Positions 45,781 to 55,723 of a DNA stretch of 64,000 nt are shown here, piece by piece (position 1 is the first letter of the stretch; each line of letters begins with the position of its first letter). This DNA comes from Anaeromyxobacteraceae bacterium (GTDB taxonomy: Bacteria; Myxococcota; Myxococcia; Myxococcales; Anaeromyxobacteraceae). Where the stretch lies: assembly GCA_032654565.1 (NCBI GenBank), contig JAULAX010000015.1:1152001-1216000 (forward strand), read 5' to 3'. Position numbers and translations under genes: made by a program. Below the pieces are notes generated by a model that had not been told where the DNA came from, did no database searches, and saw nothing but the letters and a program-made list of their open reading frames with translations.

Positions 45781-47286
45781 CTAGAGCGCGGCCAGGGCGT
45801 ACTCGGCGGCGCGGGCGAAGGCGGCCCCGTCCTCGGGGAGGTCCGGATAATACCCCAGGAAGGCCTGCCGCTTGCCGATGGGGAGCCGGCGGTGGGCCTC
45901 CATGGCGTTGCGGTAGGCCAGCCGGGCCCGCTGCGGGTCGCGCTGGGCCTCGCGGCAGCGCCCCAGGTAGTAGTGGGCCAGCGCCAGGTCGGGGTCGAGG
46001 AAGAGGGCCCGCGACAGCTCCAGCGCCGCGCCGTCGGCCTCGGCCTGCGAGAGCAGGTGGATGCCGTAGAAGACGTGGGCCTCGGCGCTGAGCGGCTCGA
46101 CCGCCAGCGCCGCCTGGTAGCACTGGCCGGCCCGGTCGAACTGGCGCAGCACCCCGTAGAGGTTGGCCAGCGTCAGCCGCACCGCCAGCCCCTCGCCGCC
46201 CTGCTCCAGGTGGCGCTCCAGCAGCTCGCGGGCGGCGCCGAAGCGCCCCTCCGAGAACAGGGCCACCGCGGCGTCGAGGAACTCCTGGGGGGCCAGCGGG
46301 GCCTCGGCCGGGGGCGGGGGCGGCGGCTGGTGCCCGGTGAAGGGGAGCCGGGCCGGGGCCATCGCCGGCGGCGTCGGCACCTGGACGTGGCGCACCGCCG
46401 GCGGCGCCGAGAGGGCCAGGCGCGACGGGCGGGGCGGGGCGCGGACCGACCCGTCCTCCGGCTTGCGGTACAGGAAGGCGCCGTTCACCTCGGTGAGGTC
46501 GAAGCCGTCGAAGAGCCGGAACAGCGACTCCGAGTAGCCGAGGAAGAGCCAGCCCCCCGGGGCCAGCGCCTGGTGGAACTGCTCCAGCACCCGCCGGGTG
46601 GTGGGGGTGTCGAAGTAGATGATGACGTTGCGGCAGAAGATGACGTCCCAGCCGCCGACCCGCGGCGAGGGGAAGCCCACCGAGACCAGGTTGTGGGCGC
46701 GGATGGCGGTGATGAAGCGGCGCAGCGAGGCGCGCACCCGCCAGGCGTCCCCCTCGCGGTCGAAGTGCTGGCCGAGCAGGTTGGTGGGGATGTCGCGGAC
46801 CCGGCGCGCCTCGTAGAGCCCGCGCGCCGCCGCCCCCACCGCCTCGGGGTTGACGTCGGTGGCCAGCAGCTCCACCTGGCCGGGCTGGAAGCCACGGTCG
46901 GCGCAGCACATGGCGATCGAGTAGGGCTCCTCGCCGGTGGCGCAGCCGGCCGACCAGATGCGCAACGGCTGGCCGCCGTCGCCGGTGCGGTCGAGGAACC
47001 CGGGCAGCAGGGCGTCGAGGGCCTGGAACTGCCGCTCGTCGCGGAAGAAGCTGGTCTTGCCCACCGTCACCAGCGGCAGCAGCTGGCGCAGCTCCTCGTC
47101 GCCGGCCGTCCCGGCCAGCAGCGCCAGGTACTCGTCGGCGCCGGGGGCGGTCTCGCGGAGCAGGTCGAGCCGGGCCAGCAGCGCCAGCTTGAGCGACGAG
47201 TAGCTGTCGGGCCGGATGTGCAGCCCGACCCGCTCCTTGAGCAGGCCGGCCAGCTCGGCCAGGTGGCTGGTCTCGATGTCGCTCAT
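45781..47286 (-). CDS. frzF: CheR methyltransferase with TPR repeats (FrzF-like)
   Basis: TSFFRD, IWSAGCATGEEPYS, DVIFCRNVIIYF, LGYSE; C-terminal TPRs. Confidence 0.85.
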   Translation of the reverse strand: MSDIETSHLAELAGLLKERVGLHIRPDSYSSLKLALLARLDLLRETAPGADEYLALLAGTAGDEELRQLLPLVTVGKTSFFRDERQFQALDALLPGFLDRTGDGGQPLRIWSAGCATGEEPYSIAMCCADRGFQPGQVELLATDVNPEAVGAAARGLYEARRVRDIPTNLLGQHFDREGDAWRVRASLRRFITAIRAHNLVSVGFPSPRVGGWDVIFCRNVIIYFDTPTTRRVLEQFHQALAPGGWLFLGYSESLFRLFDGFDLTEVNGAFLYRKPEDGSVRAPPRPSRLALSAPPAVRHVQVPTPPAMAPARLPFTGHQPPPPPPAEAPLAPQEFLDAAVALFSEGRFGAARELLERHLEQGGEGLAVRLTLANLYGVLRQFDRAGQCYQAALAVEPLSAEAHVFYGIHLLSQAEADGAALELSRALFLDPDLALAHYYLGRCREAQRDPQRARLAYRNAMEAHRRLPIGKRQAFLGYYPDLPEDGAAFARAAEYALAAL

Positions 47287-48305
47287 TCGGTGAGCGCCAC
47301 CAGCGCCCGGGGGAGCTCCTCGAGCGGCAGCACCCGGTCCACCGCCCCGAGGTCGATGGCCGCCTTGGCCATGCCGAAGACGGCGCTGCTCGGCTCGTCC
47401 TGGGCCAGGGTGGGGCCGCCGGCGTCGTGCAGCACCTTGAGGCCGGCGGCGCCGTCGTGTCCCATGCCGGTGAGGATGACGCCGCAGGCGCGGGCCCCGT
47501 AGGCGGCGGCCGCCGAGTGGAAGAGCGGCGTCACCGAGGGCTTGAAGGTGTCCACCGGCGGCCCGTCGGAGAGCCGCACCAGCCCCTCGTGGACCAGCAG
47601 GTGGCGGCCGCTGGGGGCCAGCAGCACGTGGCCGGGGCGGAGCAGGTCGCCGTCGACGGCCTGGTGCACCCGCAGGTGGCACTCCAGCGAGAGCCAGCTG
47701 GCCAGCCCCTCGGTGAAGCCGTCGGCGATGTGCTGCACCACGGCGATGCCCACCGGGAAGGTGGGCGGCAGCCCCCGCAGCAGCGCCGCCAGCGCCCGGG
47801 GGCCGCCCAGCGAGGCGCCCACCACCACCACGTCGGCGCGCCGCGACGATCGCGGCGGCGGCGGCAGCTTGCGCTCGCGCAGCCCGCGCAGGTGGCGGAT
47901 CACCTTGACCCCGGAGAGCAGCCGCAGCCGGGAGCGGATCTCGGCGCCGTAGGCCTCCAGGTCGGCGTTGGCCCCCGGCTTCTCGAGGATGTCGAGCGCC
48001 CCCAGCGAGAGCGCCTTGAACCCCACCACCTCGGCCTTGTTCCCGGTCAGCACCATGATGGGCGTGGGGGTGTCGGCCATGATGCGCGCGATGCCGGAGA
48101 AGCCGTCGGCGTCGGGCATGTTGAGGTCCATGGTGATGACGTCGGGCCTGAGCTCGTGGGCCAGCCGGGCCGCGGCGTTGCCGTCGGCCGCCACCGCCAC
48201 CACCTCGAAGGTCGGGTCGGCGCCGATGACCCGCGACAGCAGCTCCCGGAAGAGCTCCGAGTCGTCGGCCACCAGGACGCGGGTGCGCGCCTCGCCCTTG
48301 CTCAC
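47283..48305 (-). CDS. frzG: CheB methylesterase (FrzG-like)
   Basis: Receiver plus GASLGGP, VQHI, ILTGMG.DGA, QDE.SS.VFGM. Confidence 0.85.
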   Translation of the reverse strand: MSKGEARTRVLVADDSELFRELLSRVIGADPTFEVVAVAADGNAAARLAHELRPDVITMDLNMPDADGFSGIARIMADTPTPIMVLTGNKAEVVGFKALSLGALDILEKPGANADLEAYGAEIRSRLRLLSGVKVIRHLRGLRERKLPPPPRSSRRADVVVVGASLGGPRALAALLRGLPPTFPVGIAVVQHIADGFTEGLASWLSLECHLRVHQAVDGDLLRPGHVLLAPSGRHLLVHEGLVRLSDGPPVDTFKPSVTPLFHSAAAAYGARACGVILTGMGHDGAAGLKVLHDAGGPTLAQDEPSSAVFGMAKAAIDLGAVDRVLPLEELPRALVALTE

Positions 48306-50578
48306 CCGGGGACCCCGCAGAGCCGCTCCAGCGCCCCGGCCAGCACCTCGGCGTCGAGCTCGCCCTTGACCATGTAGGCGTCGGCGCCGGCGTCGACGCC
48401 GCGGCGCCGCTCCTCGGGCGCCGAGAGCGAGGAGAGGATGAGGATGGGCAGCTTGTGGAAGCGCGGCGTGGCCTTGACCCGGCGGGTCAGGTCGATGCCG
48501 TCGAGCACCGGCATCTGCACGTCGGTGATGAGCAGGTGGTAGCCGCCCTGCTGCAGCCGCTCCCAGCCGTCCTCGCCGTCCACCGCCTCGTCCACCTCGT
48601 GGCCCAGCGAGCGCAGCAGCGCCGCCTCGGCCTCGCGGGCGATGGCCGAGTCGTCCACCAGCAGCAGCCGCAGCCGGCGGCGGTCGCGGCCCCGCGACAT
48701 GGCCGGCGAGGCCAGGCGGCGGGCCGCGGTGATGACGTCGGGGGTGGAGAGCAGCAGCGCCACCCGCCCGTCCTCCAGCGCCGCGGCGCCGGTGACGAAG
48801 CGCATCCCCTTCAGGAAGGCGCCGGGGGCCTTGACCGCCACCTCGCGCTCGCCGAAGAGGCCGTCGACCACCACCGCCGCCCCCTCGTCGCCGTGCAGCA
48901 CGTAGGCCACGGTGGGGCGCGGGTGGCGGGGGCCGCCGTTGAGCGAGAGCAGCGGCCCCAGGGCCACCAGCGGCAGCAGCCTGTCGCGGTAGCGGACCGC
49001 CCGGATGCCCGCCACCTCGGCGACGTCCTTGGCGTCGAGGCGGCCGACGCTGTCGACGTCCACCGCCGGCAGGCCGTAGACGTCCTCGTCGATGCGCACC
49101 AGCAGCACCTTCATCAGCGACAGCGACTGGGGCAGGCGCAGGGTGAAGCGGGTCCACTTCCCCGCCTCCGACTCCACGGTCACCGAGCCGCCCAGCGCCG
49201 TCACCTTGCGCCGCACCACGTCCAGCCCCACCCCCCGGCCGCTGGTCTCGCCGGCCTGGTCGCGGGTGGAGAAGCCGGGCAGGAAGATGAGATCGAGGGC
49301 GGCCCGCGAGGAGAGGCTGGCGGCCTGCTGCTCGCCGATGACCCCGCGGGCCAGCGCCGCGGCGCGGATCTTCTGCGGGCTGATGCCGCGGCCGTCGTCC
49401 TCCACCACCAGCCCCAGCAGGTCGCCGTCGGAGCGGGCGGTGATGGTGAGCCGGCCCACCGGCGGCTTGCCGGCGGCGACCCGCTCGGCCGGGGTCTCGA
49501 CGCCGTGGTCGATGGAGTTGCGGACCAGGTGGACCAGCGGATCGTTGAGCGAGAGCAGGATGGCCTTGTCGACGCCGTTCTCGCCGCCGGAGACCTCGCA
49601 GTCGAGCTCCTTGCCCTGCTCGCGCGCCATCTCGCGGGCGGCGCGGGGGAAGCCGGCCAGCACCCCGGAGAGCGGGATGAGCCGGGCCGAGCCGACCCGC
49701 TCGGCCAGCAGCGTGAACTGGGCGCGCGCCCCCTGCACCGCCTCGGAGTGGGTGCGCGAGAAGCGGAAGGTGTCGGAGCGGAGCAGGTGGACGTCGCCCT
49801 CCAGCTGCTCCACGGTCCGGTCGCCGAGGCCGTCGTGGCGCAGCCGCTCGGCCAGCGCCACCACCCGGTCGGAGACCCGGTTCCAGCGGGCGAAGAGGCC
49901 GTCGAGGTCGCGGGCCCGGCGGTTGGCGCGGGCCCCCTCCACCAGCACGTCGCCGGCGATGGCGGCGATCTCGTCGAGCCGGTCGACGTCGACGCGGATC
50001 GAGGCCTGGACCTTGTCGCCGCGCAGCTCGAGGCGGGGGGTGGCGCGCAGGCCGCCGGCCTCGGCGCGCGGGGCGTCGGGCGGGGGCGGCGCGGGGGTGG
50101 AGGACGGGGGCGCGGACGGGGCGATGGCCTGGCCTCCGGCCGGGGGCGGCGCGGGCGCCTCGACGGCGGCGGGGCCCGGCGCGGCCGGCGCGGTGGCGGC
50201 GGGGGCGGCGCCGATCAGCCCGGTGAGCCGGGCCACCAGAGACTCGGCGGCCGGGCCGACCTCGAGCGGCTGGTCGAGCATGGCCAGCACCGCGTCGCCG
50301 GCCTCCAGCAGCGCCTGGGCCTGGTCGCGCGACGGGGTGGCGCCGCAGCTCTTGAGCAGCTCCTCCTCGGCGTGGACCACCACCGAGATGGCAGCGAAGC
50401 CCATCATCCGGGCCTCGCCCTTCAGCGTGTGGAGCTCGCGGTCCAGCTCCTGGCGCTGCTCGATGCTGGCGGTGCCGCGCTCCAGCAGCAGCAGCACGGC
50501 GGAGATCTTCTCCACCCGGTCGGCGGTCATCTCCCGGAACCGGGGGAGCAGCTTCTGTCGGATCTCCTCGGTGCCCAT
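48302..50578 (-). CDS. frzE: CheA-CheY hybrid kinase (FrzE-like)
   Basis: RELHTLKG Hpt, HLVRNSIDHG, DDGRG, SGRGVGLDVV, CheW-like domain, C-terminal receiver. Confidence 0.88.
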   Translation of the reverse strand: MGTEEIRQKLLPRFREMTADRVEKISAVLLLLERGTASIEQRQELDRELHTLKGEARMMGFAAISVVVHAEEELLKSCGATPSRDQAQALLEAGDAVLAMLDQPLEVGPAAESLVARLTGLIGAAPAATAPAAPGPAAVEAPAPPPAGGQAIAPSAPPSSTPAPPPPDAPRAEAGGLRATPRLELRGDKVQASIRVDVDRLDEIAAIAGDVLVEGARANRRARDLDGLFARWNRVSDRVVALAERLRHDGLGDRTVEQLEGDVHLLRSDTFRFSRTHSEAVQGARAQFTLLAERVGSARLIPLSGVLAGFPRAAREMAREQGKELDCEVSGGENGVDKAILLSLNDPLVHLVRNSIDHGVETPAERVAAGKPPVGRLTITARSDGDLLGLVVEDDGRGISPQKIRAAALARGVIGEQQAASLSSRAALDLIFLPGFSTRDQAGETSGRGVGLDVVRRKVTALGGSVTVESEAGKWTRFTLRLPQSLSLMKVLLVRIDEDVYGLPAVDVDSVGRLDAKDVAEVAGIRAVRYRDRLLPLVALGPLLSLNGGPRHPRPTVAYVLHGDEGAAVVVDGLFGEREVAVKAPGAFLKGMRFVTGAAALEDGRVALLLSTPDVITAARRLASPAMSRGRDRRRLRLLLVDDSAIAREAEAALLRSLGHEVDEAVDGEDGWERLQQGGYHLLITDVQMPVLDGIDLTRRVKATPRFHKLPILILSSLSAPEERRRGVDAGADAYMVKGELDAEVLAGALERLCGVPG

Positions 50579-50612
50579 GGCGGACGCGGCGGCGGCGGGG
50601 GTGGCTGGAGGG

Positions 50613-51863
50613 TCAGTCGAGCTTGAAGCGCTTCACCAGCTCGGCCAGCCGCTCGGCCAGCCGGGTCAGCTCGGAGGCGGCGCCGGTGGCCTGGCGCGAG
50701 CCGGACTGGGCGGAGCGGGTGACCTCCTCGATCTCCGACATGGAGAGCACCACCTGCTCGGTGGCGGTGCGCTGCTGCTGGGTGGCCAGGTGGATGATCC
50801 GGGCCGCGTCGCTGGTCTCCTGGATGCCGGAGAGGATGCCGGTGACCGAGTGCATGGCGGCGCCGCCCAGCTTCTCGCCCTCCGAAGCCTCGCGCTTGTT
50901 GCCGTCGGAGGCCTCCTTGGCGGCGTGGGTCGACTCGCGGATCTCGGTGATGAGGTTCTTGATCTCCTTGGTGCTCTCCATGACGTTCTCGGCCAGCCGC
51001 CGCATCTCGGCGGCCACGATGGAGAAGCCGCGCCCGGCCTCGCCGGCCTTGGCCCCCTCCAGCGCCGCGTTGAGGGCCAGCAGGTCGGAGCGGTCGGCGA
51101 TCTCGTCGATCACCTCCACCACCGTGCCGATGCGCTCGACGCGCTTGGAGAGCTTGCCGATGGCGTCGTCGACCTCGACGGCGTTGTGGCGGACCTTCTC
51201 CATCGACTGCATGAAGAGCTTGATCGAACCCTCGCCCTGGCGGGCCCCGGTCAGGGTCTGCTCGGCGATGCCGGCCACCATCTGGGCGTTCTCGGCGATC
51301 TGGTGCGAGGCCCCCTTGAGCTCCTCCATGGTGGCGGTGGTCTCGTGGATGGCGCTGGCCTGGGCGGCGGTGGAGGACTCGTTCTGGGTGGCCGCCGCCA
51401 GCACCTCGGCCGACGAGGTGGAGAGCTGCAGCGCCGCCTCGCGGATCTCGGTGACGAAGCGCTTCAGGGTCTCCATCACCTGGCCGATGCCGGCGATGAG
51501 CGGGGTCAGGGTGGCGTCGGTGACGCTGAGCCGCAGCTCGCCGGAGAGGTCGCCCTGCACCACCAGCCGGATCAGCGCGTCGATGGCCTCGTCGACGCCG
51601 TGGGAGACGTTCTGCACCCGCTCGTTGAAGTCGCGGATCTGCACCCCCAGCGACCCGCCGGCCCCGTCGAGCGCCTCGGCGATGAGCCGCAGGTTGGGGT
51701 CGGTGTAGTCCCCGGGGCGGACCTGGACGTCGAGCCGGCCGCTGGAGAAGGCGGTGATGGCGGCGGCCAGCGAGGCGGCGTCGGCGCCGCCGCGGCGCGG
51801 GGCGGCCGGTCGGGGGCTGGGCTTGCGGGGCTTCGACTTGGGGGCGGGCGGCTTGGTGGCCAT
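50613..51863 (-). CDS. frzCD: Cytoplasmic chemoreceptor (FrzCD-like)
   Basis: No TM; basic N-terminus; IADRSDLLALNAALEGAKAGEAGRGF.IVA.EMRRLAE. Confidence 0.88.
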   Translation of the reverse strand: MATKPPAPKSKPRKPSPRPAAPRRGGADAASLAAAITAFSSGRLDVQVRPGDYTDPNLRLIAEALDGAGGSLGVQIRDFNERVQNVSHGVDEAIDALIRLVVQGDLSGELRLSVTDATLTPLIAGIGQVMETLKRFVTEIREAALQLSTSSAEVLAAATQNESSTAAQASAIHETTATMEELKGASHQIAENAQMVAGIAEQTLTGARQGEGSIKLFMQSMEKVRHNAVEVDDAIGKLSKRVERIGTVVEVIDEIADRSDLLALNAALEGAKAGEAGRGFSIVAAEMRRLAENVMESTKEIKNLITEIRESTHAAKEASDGNKREASEGEKLGGAAMHSVTGILSGIQETSDAARIIHLATQQQRTATEQVVLSMSEIEEVTRSAQSGSRQATGAASELTRLAERLAELVKRFKLD

Positions 51864-51873
51864 GGGGGGGCTC

Positions 51874-52275
51874 TCAGGCGGTGGGCGGCGCGGCCGGGGC
51901 GGCGGAGCGCCGCTCGCGGACCAGGGTGGGGAGATCGACGATGAGGGTGGGGGCCTCGTCGAGCAGCACGAGCCCGGAGACGGCGCCGGAGCGGATCACC
52001 GCGGCGGCGAAGGCGGGGAGCGGCTGGAGCTCCGACTCGGGGACGGAGCGGACGCCCAGCACCTGGTCGACCACCAGGGTGGCCTCGCCGCCGCCCTCGG
52101 CCGCCACCACGATGCCGCGCTCGCGGGCGAAGGTGGGGCCGAGGCTGGTGCCCTCGACCAGCTCGCCGGGGGGCACGTCGGCGACGTTGCCGATGCGGAC
52201 CACGTCGCGGACCGTGGAGGCGAAGACCCGGGCCCCCACCTGGAACATGAGCAGCTCGCTGACGGGCTCGATCAC
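51874..52275 (-). CDS. frzB: CheW-like protein (FrzB-like)
   Basis: LMFQVG..F, LVVDQVLGV, LIVDL; lies between frzA- and frzCD-like genes. Confidence 0.7.
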   Translation of the reverse strand: MIEPVSELLMFQVGARVFASTVRDVVRIGNVADVPPGELVEGTSLGPTFARERGIVVAAEGGGEATLVVDQVLGVRSVPESELQPLPAFAAAVIRSGAVSGLVLLDEAPTLIVDLPTLVRERRSAAPAAPPTA

Positions 52276-52784
52276 GGGCCGGCGCTCCCGGCGGGGACGG
52301 CGCGGCTGCGCGCGGCCTCCACCAGCCGGGGCAGGTCGAGCACGGCGATGGTGCCGAGCTTGTCCCGGGCCACGCCGGAGAGGAACTCGGCCATGCCGAC
52401 GCTCTCGGCCGGCGGCGGCTCCAGCTGGCGGCGCGGGATCACCACCAGCCCCTCGAGGCCGTCGGAGATCACCGCCACCTTCCACGGGCCGCAGTGGACC
52501 ACCGCGGCGCGGGTGGAGGGGCGGATGGTGATGGCCCCCTGGCCGACCAGCTGGCCGATGTCGAGCACCGGCAGCACCTCGCCGCGGTGGGTGAAGACGC
52601 CGGGCAGGAAGGACGGGGCGGCGGGGAGGCGGGTGAGCGGCCCGAGCCGGACCACCTCGGTCACCAGCGGCGCCTCGAAGGCGTAGCGGCCGCCGTGGAT
52701 CCGCAGGCAGAAGAACCAGGCCTCCTGGCCGGCGCGCAGGGCTCCCGCCGGGAGCGAATCGCTGGTTGGCCTGACCGGGGACAT
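52272..52784 (-). CDS. frzA: CheW protein (FrzA-like)
   Basis: V.EVV...TRLP.AP.FLPGVF.HRGEVLPVLD. Confidence 0.8.
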   Translation of the reverse strand: MSPVRPTSDSLPAGALRAGQEAWFFCLRIHGGRYAFEAPLVTEVVRLGPLTRLPAAPSFLPGVFTHRGEVLPVLDIGQLVGQGAITIRPSTRAAVVHCGPWKVAVISDGLEGLVVIPRRQLEPPPAESVGMAEFLSGVARDKLGTIAVLDLPRLVEAARSRAVPAGSAGP

Positions 52785-52867
52785 GGTCCGGCGATTATCG
52801 GTGGAGCCGGGACGTGGCAGCAAGGTTGGTGCTATATGGTTTCGGTCTTTCACCCCGATATCGCCTC

Positions 52868-53560
52868 GTGAAAATCCTCGTCTGCGCCGACAGCGACCTC
52901 CTCCTCGAGGCGGCCGCGCTGAGCCTCGAACCGGCGGGCCACCAGGTGGTCCGGGGCCGGGAGCCGCTGGCGTTGGTGGCGGCGCTGGAGGGGGCGGCGC
53001 TGCTGCTCACCGACGCCGCCCGCGGCCGGCAGGCGGTGGCGCTGCTGCGGGATCGCGGCTTCGGCGGCCGGGCGCTGCTGATCGGCGACGGCGTGGCCGA
53101 GGAGCAGGTGGCGCTGGCCAGGGACCTCCACCTCGACGGCTGGGTGGAGCTCTCGCCGCCCGACGGCCTCCCCACCCGGCTGCTGGCGGCGCTGGAGCGC
53201 AAGCGCAAGGTGCTGATCGTCGACGACTCGGAGATCGTGGCCCGCATGCTGGCGCAGGACCTGGAGGCCAAGGGGTTCGAGATCCAGTACGCCCCGGACG
53301 CCGAGAGGGCCACCTCGATCATCCTCAAGCGCGCCACCCGGCCCGACCTGATCCTGCTCGACATCAACATGCCCAAGGTGGACGGGGCGCAGTTCTGCAA
53401 GTTCGTGAAGCGGAACTCGATGTTCAAGGGGATCAAGGTGCTCTTCTGCTCGGGCGAGGACCCCGAGAAGGTGACCCGGCTGGTCGCCGAGTGCGGCGCC
53501 GACGGCTACATCCTCAAGGGCGAGGTCCTGGGGAAGTGGGTCGTCGAGAACGCCGGCTGA
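52868..53560 (+). CDS. Dual-receiver response regulator (FrzZ-like)
   Basis: Degenerate N-terminal receiver plus intact KVLIVDDS..ILLDINMP..GADGYI.K; divergent from the frz operon. Confidence 0.75.
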   Translation: MKILVCADSDLLLEAAALSLEPAGHQVVRGREPLALVAALEGAALLLTDAARGRQAVALLRDRGFGGRALLIGDGVAEEQVALARDLHLDGWVELSPPDGLPTRLLAALERKRKVLIVDDSEIVARMLAQDLEAKGFEIQYAPDAERATSIILKRATRPDLILLDINMPKVDGAQFCKFVKRNSMFKGIKVLFCSGEDPEKVTRLVAECGADGYILKGEVLGKWVVENAG

Positions 53561-53614
53561 GGCGTCGCCGGGCCGGTCGTCCGCCCACCGCCGCGCCGGT
53601 CAGGCGGACCGCCC

Positions 53615-54604
53615 TCACCAGCACCGGGCGTCCGGCGTCACCGAGTTGCACCAGCCGGGCGTCCCCTCGGCGAGCGCGCAGGCCAGGTTGGCCGCCGCGT
53701 CGGGGGCCAGCGGGTCGATCCGCTCCACCGCCGCCGGGCAGCGCGGGGCGCCGCCGCCCTGCCCGAAGGTGGCCAGCAGCGCCCCGGCCGGATCGAGCAG
53801 CCGCAGGTCGGGCCCCCGGTCGTCGGCCAGGCCGCCGGCCAGCGTGGCGGCGCCGCAGCTGAAGCGGACCAGGCCGGCCGGGGCCGGGTAGCGGCCGTCC
53901 CAGGCGGCGCTGGTGACCAGGCCGAAGGCGCCGGGCGGCAGCGCGGCGGCGGCGGCGGCCACGGTGCAGCCGGCCAGCAGCCCGGAGGCGGTCCGCTTCT
54001 CCAGCCGCCAGCCGGAGAGGTCGAGCGGCTCGTCGCCGAGGTTGAGCAGCTCCACGTACTCCCCGCCCGCCTGGGGCGGCGCCGCCACCGCCCGCACCTC
54101 GGTGAGGGCCGGCCGCGGCGGCGGGCCGGCCACGGTGGAGAAGGTGCCCAGGAAGGTGCGCTGGTGCCCCTCCGGGTCGAGCACGGCGCGCCCGTCGGCG
54201 TCGCGCAGCGTCGAGGCCACCACCACGGCGAAGGGGGTGGCGCCGGGCAGCAGGGCGCGCGGCCGCAGCACCAGGCGGCGCCCGCCCTCGGCCAGGGCGG
54301 CGTCGCAGGGGAGGGCGAGCAGCCCCGGGGACTGGCCGGCCTCGAGGGCGCTGGCCACGGCGCGGGCGTCGGGGGCGCGGGCCAGGGCCACCCGCCGCCC
54401 CTCGGCCAGGCCGTCGGCGGCCACCGGGGCGCTGAAGTCGACGGTCACCAGCGCGTCGCGAGGGGCGCCGGCCCCGGTGGGGGTCCAGCCGGCGATGCGG
54501 GTGTGGGGCTCGGGCGCCGCCGGTCCGCAGCCGGAGAGGGCCGCCAGCCCGGCGCCCAGGGCGAGGCCGAGCAGCAGCGGGAGGCGGGGGTCGGGCCGGC
54601 TCAC
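53615..54604 (-). CDS. Lipoprotein with Ig-like and lamin-tail domains
   Basis: Lipobox LSGC; 'TEV...GEYVELLN....DLSGWRL', 'GTPG..NS'. Confidence 0.7.
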   Translation of the reverse strand: MSRPDPRLPLLLGLALGAGLAALSGCGPAAPEPHTRIAGWTPTGAGAPRDALVTVDFSAPVAADGLAEGRRVALARAPDARAVASALEAGQSPGLLALPCDAALAEGGRRLVLRPRALLPGATPFAVVVASTLRDADGRAVLDPEGHQRTFLGTFSTVAGPPPRPALTEVRAVAAPPQAGGEYVELLNLGDEPLDLSGWRLEKRTASGLLAGCTVAAAAAALPPGAFGLVTSAAWDGRYPAPAGLVRFSCGAATLAGGLADDRGPDLRLLDPAGALLATFGQGGGAPRCPAAVERIDPLAPDAAANLACALAEGTPGWCNSVTPDARCW

Positions 54605-55188
54605 GGCCGCCGCTCCAGGAAGAGGCCGCCGGTCAGGGCGTCGAGCTCGGCGGTGACCCGGCCCAGCTCCAGCTCGGCCTCGACGCGGGCCCGGGCGTCG
54701 CTGGGAGGATCGGCCAGCAGCGCCAGCTGCCGGTGGCGCCGCTCGAAGTGCAGGGCGGTGGCCTTGCGGACCGCCTCGTCGCGCCGGGTGGCCCGGGCCA
54801 GCGCCGCCGCCGAGGCCGCCGCCTCGCCGGTGGCGGCCACGAGATCGCCGAGCTCCCAGGTGGCGTGGAGCGAGACCGAGGTGCCGGGCGAGGAGCGCAG
54901 GTAGTCCACCTCGCTGGCCCCCTGCAGGCCGGTGACCCGGTAGGCCCGCTCCTCGTGGCGGACCTCGGCGGTGAGGCGCGGCAGCACGGCGGCCAGGCGG
55001 CGGCGCCGGGCCAGCTCGGCCGGGTCGGGGGTGGCGGCCTCGGCGTGGCGGGCGGCGGCCGACTGGACCGCGGCGACCGACGGCTCGCCGGCGGCGATCC
55101 GGGCGAGGAGGCGGGCGGGGTCGGGGGCCGGGACGGGCGGCGGGAGCGGCGGCGCGGCGAGGAGCAGGGCGAGGAGGGGGAGGGTCAT
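54601..55188 (-). CDS. Secreted hypothetical protein
   Basis: Signal-peptide-like start; stop overlaps the next gene's start; helical. Confidence 0.6.
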   Translation of the reverse strand: MTLPLLALLLAAPPLPPPVPAPDPARLLARIAAGEPSVAAVQSAAARHAEAATPDPAELARRRRLAAVLPRLTAEVRHEERAYRVTGLQGASEVDYLRSSPGTSVSLHATWELGDLVAATGEAAASAAALARATRRDEAVRKATALHFERRHRQLALLADPPSDARARVEAELELGRVTAELDALTGGLFLERRP

Positions 55189-55299
55189 GGCCCCGGGCCA
55201 GGAGCAGGAACGGGGCCGCGCCAAGCCCGCGGAGGGACGAGGGGTGGGCGCGGAGGGGGCGGCCGCGCCGCGGCCCTCCGGCCGTCCCGCATCCGCTCT

Positions 55300-55363
55300 T
55301 CCCGTCCCAGAGTAATTTTCGGGAGCCCCGGCCGAGCCCCTCAGCTCCCGTCCCAGAGTAATT
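55300..55363. repeat. 18-bp direct repeat TCCCGTCCCAGAGTAATT x2
   Basis: Copies at 55300-55317 and 55346-55363. Confidence 0.85.
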
Positions 55364-55379
55364 CGCGGAGGGGCGGCGG

Positions 55380-55410
55380 TTGACCTGAACTCTCAGAGTT
55401 CTTAGAGTTC
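55380..55410 (+). promoter_or_regulatory. Sigma70 promoter with antitoxin operator
   Basis: TTGACC-N17-TAGAGT with palindrome GAACTCT-C-AGAGTTC in the spacer and a further AGAGTTC half-site. Confidence 0.7.
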
Positions 55411-55417
55411 ACGGACC

Positions 55418-55723
55418 ATGACCACACGCCTCGACGGGACCGTCATCACCCCCATGGACCTGCGCGCCCACGCCGGCGAGTTCCTCGACCGCGTCCGGCT
55501 CCAGCACGACACCTTCATCATCGAGCGGCGCGGCACGCCCATGGCCGCGCTGGTGCCCATCGAGCGGCTCCGGATGATGCGGGAGACGGCGGCGCAGTAC
55601 TCCCGGCTCATGTCGCAGCTCCAGGGGGACTTCCTGGAGAAGCAGGGGGTCACGCCGGAGGAATGGGACCGGGAGGCGACCGGGGCGGTGAAGGCCTACC
55701 GGGCCCGCCACGGGAGCAAGTGA
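55418..55723 (+). CDS. Phd/YefM-family antitoxin
   Basis: DLRAHAGEFLDRV....FIIERRGTPMAALVP. Confidence 0.85.
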   Translation: MTTRLDGTVITPMDLRAHAGEFLDRVRLQHDTFIIERRGTPMAALVPIERLRMMRETAAQYSRLMSQLQGDFLEKQGVTPEEWDREATGAVKAYRARHGSK

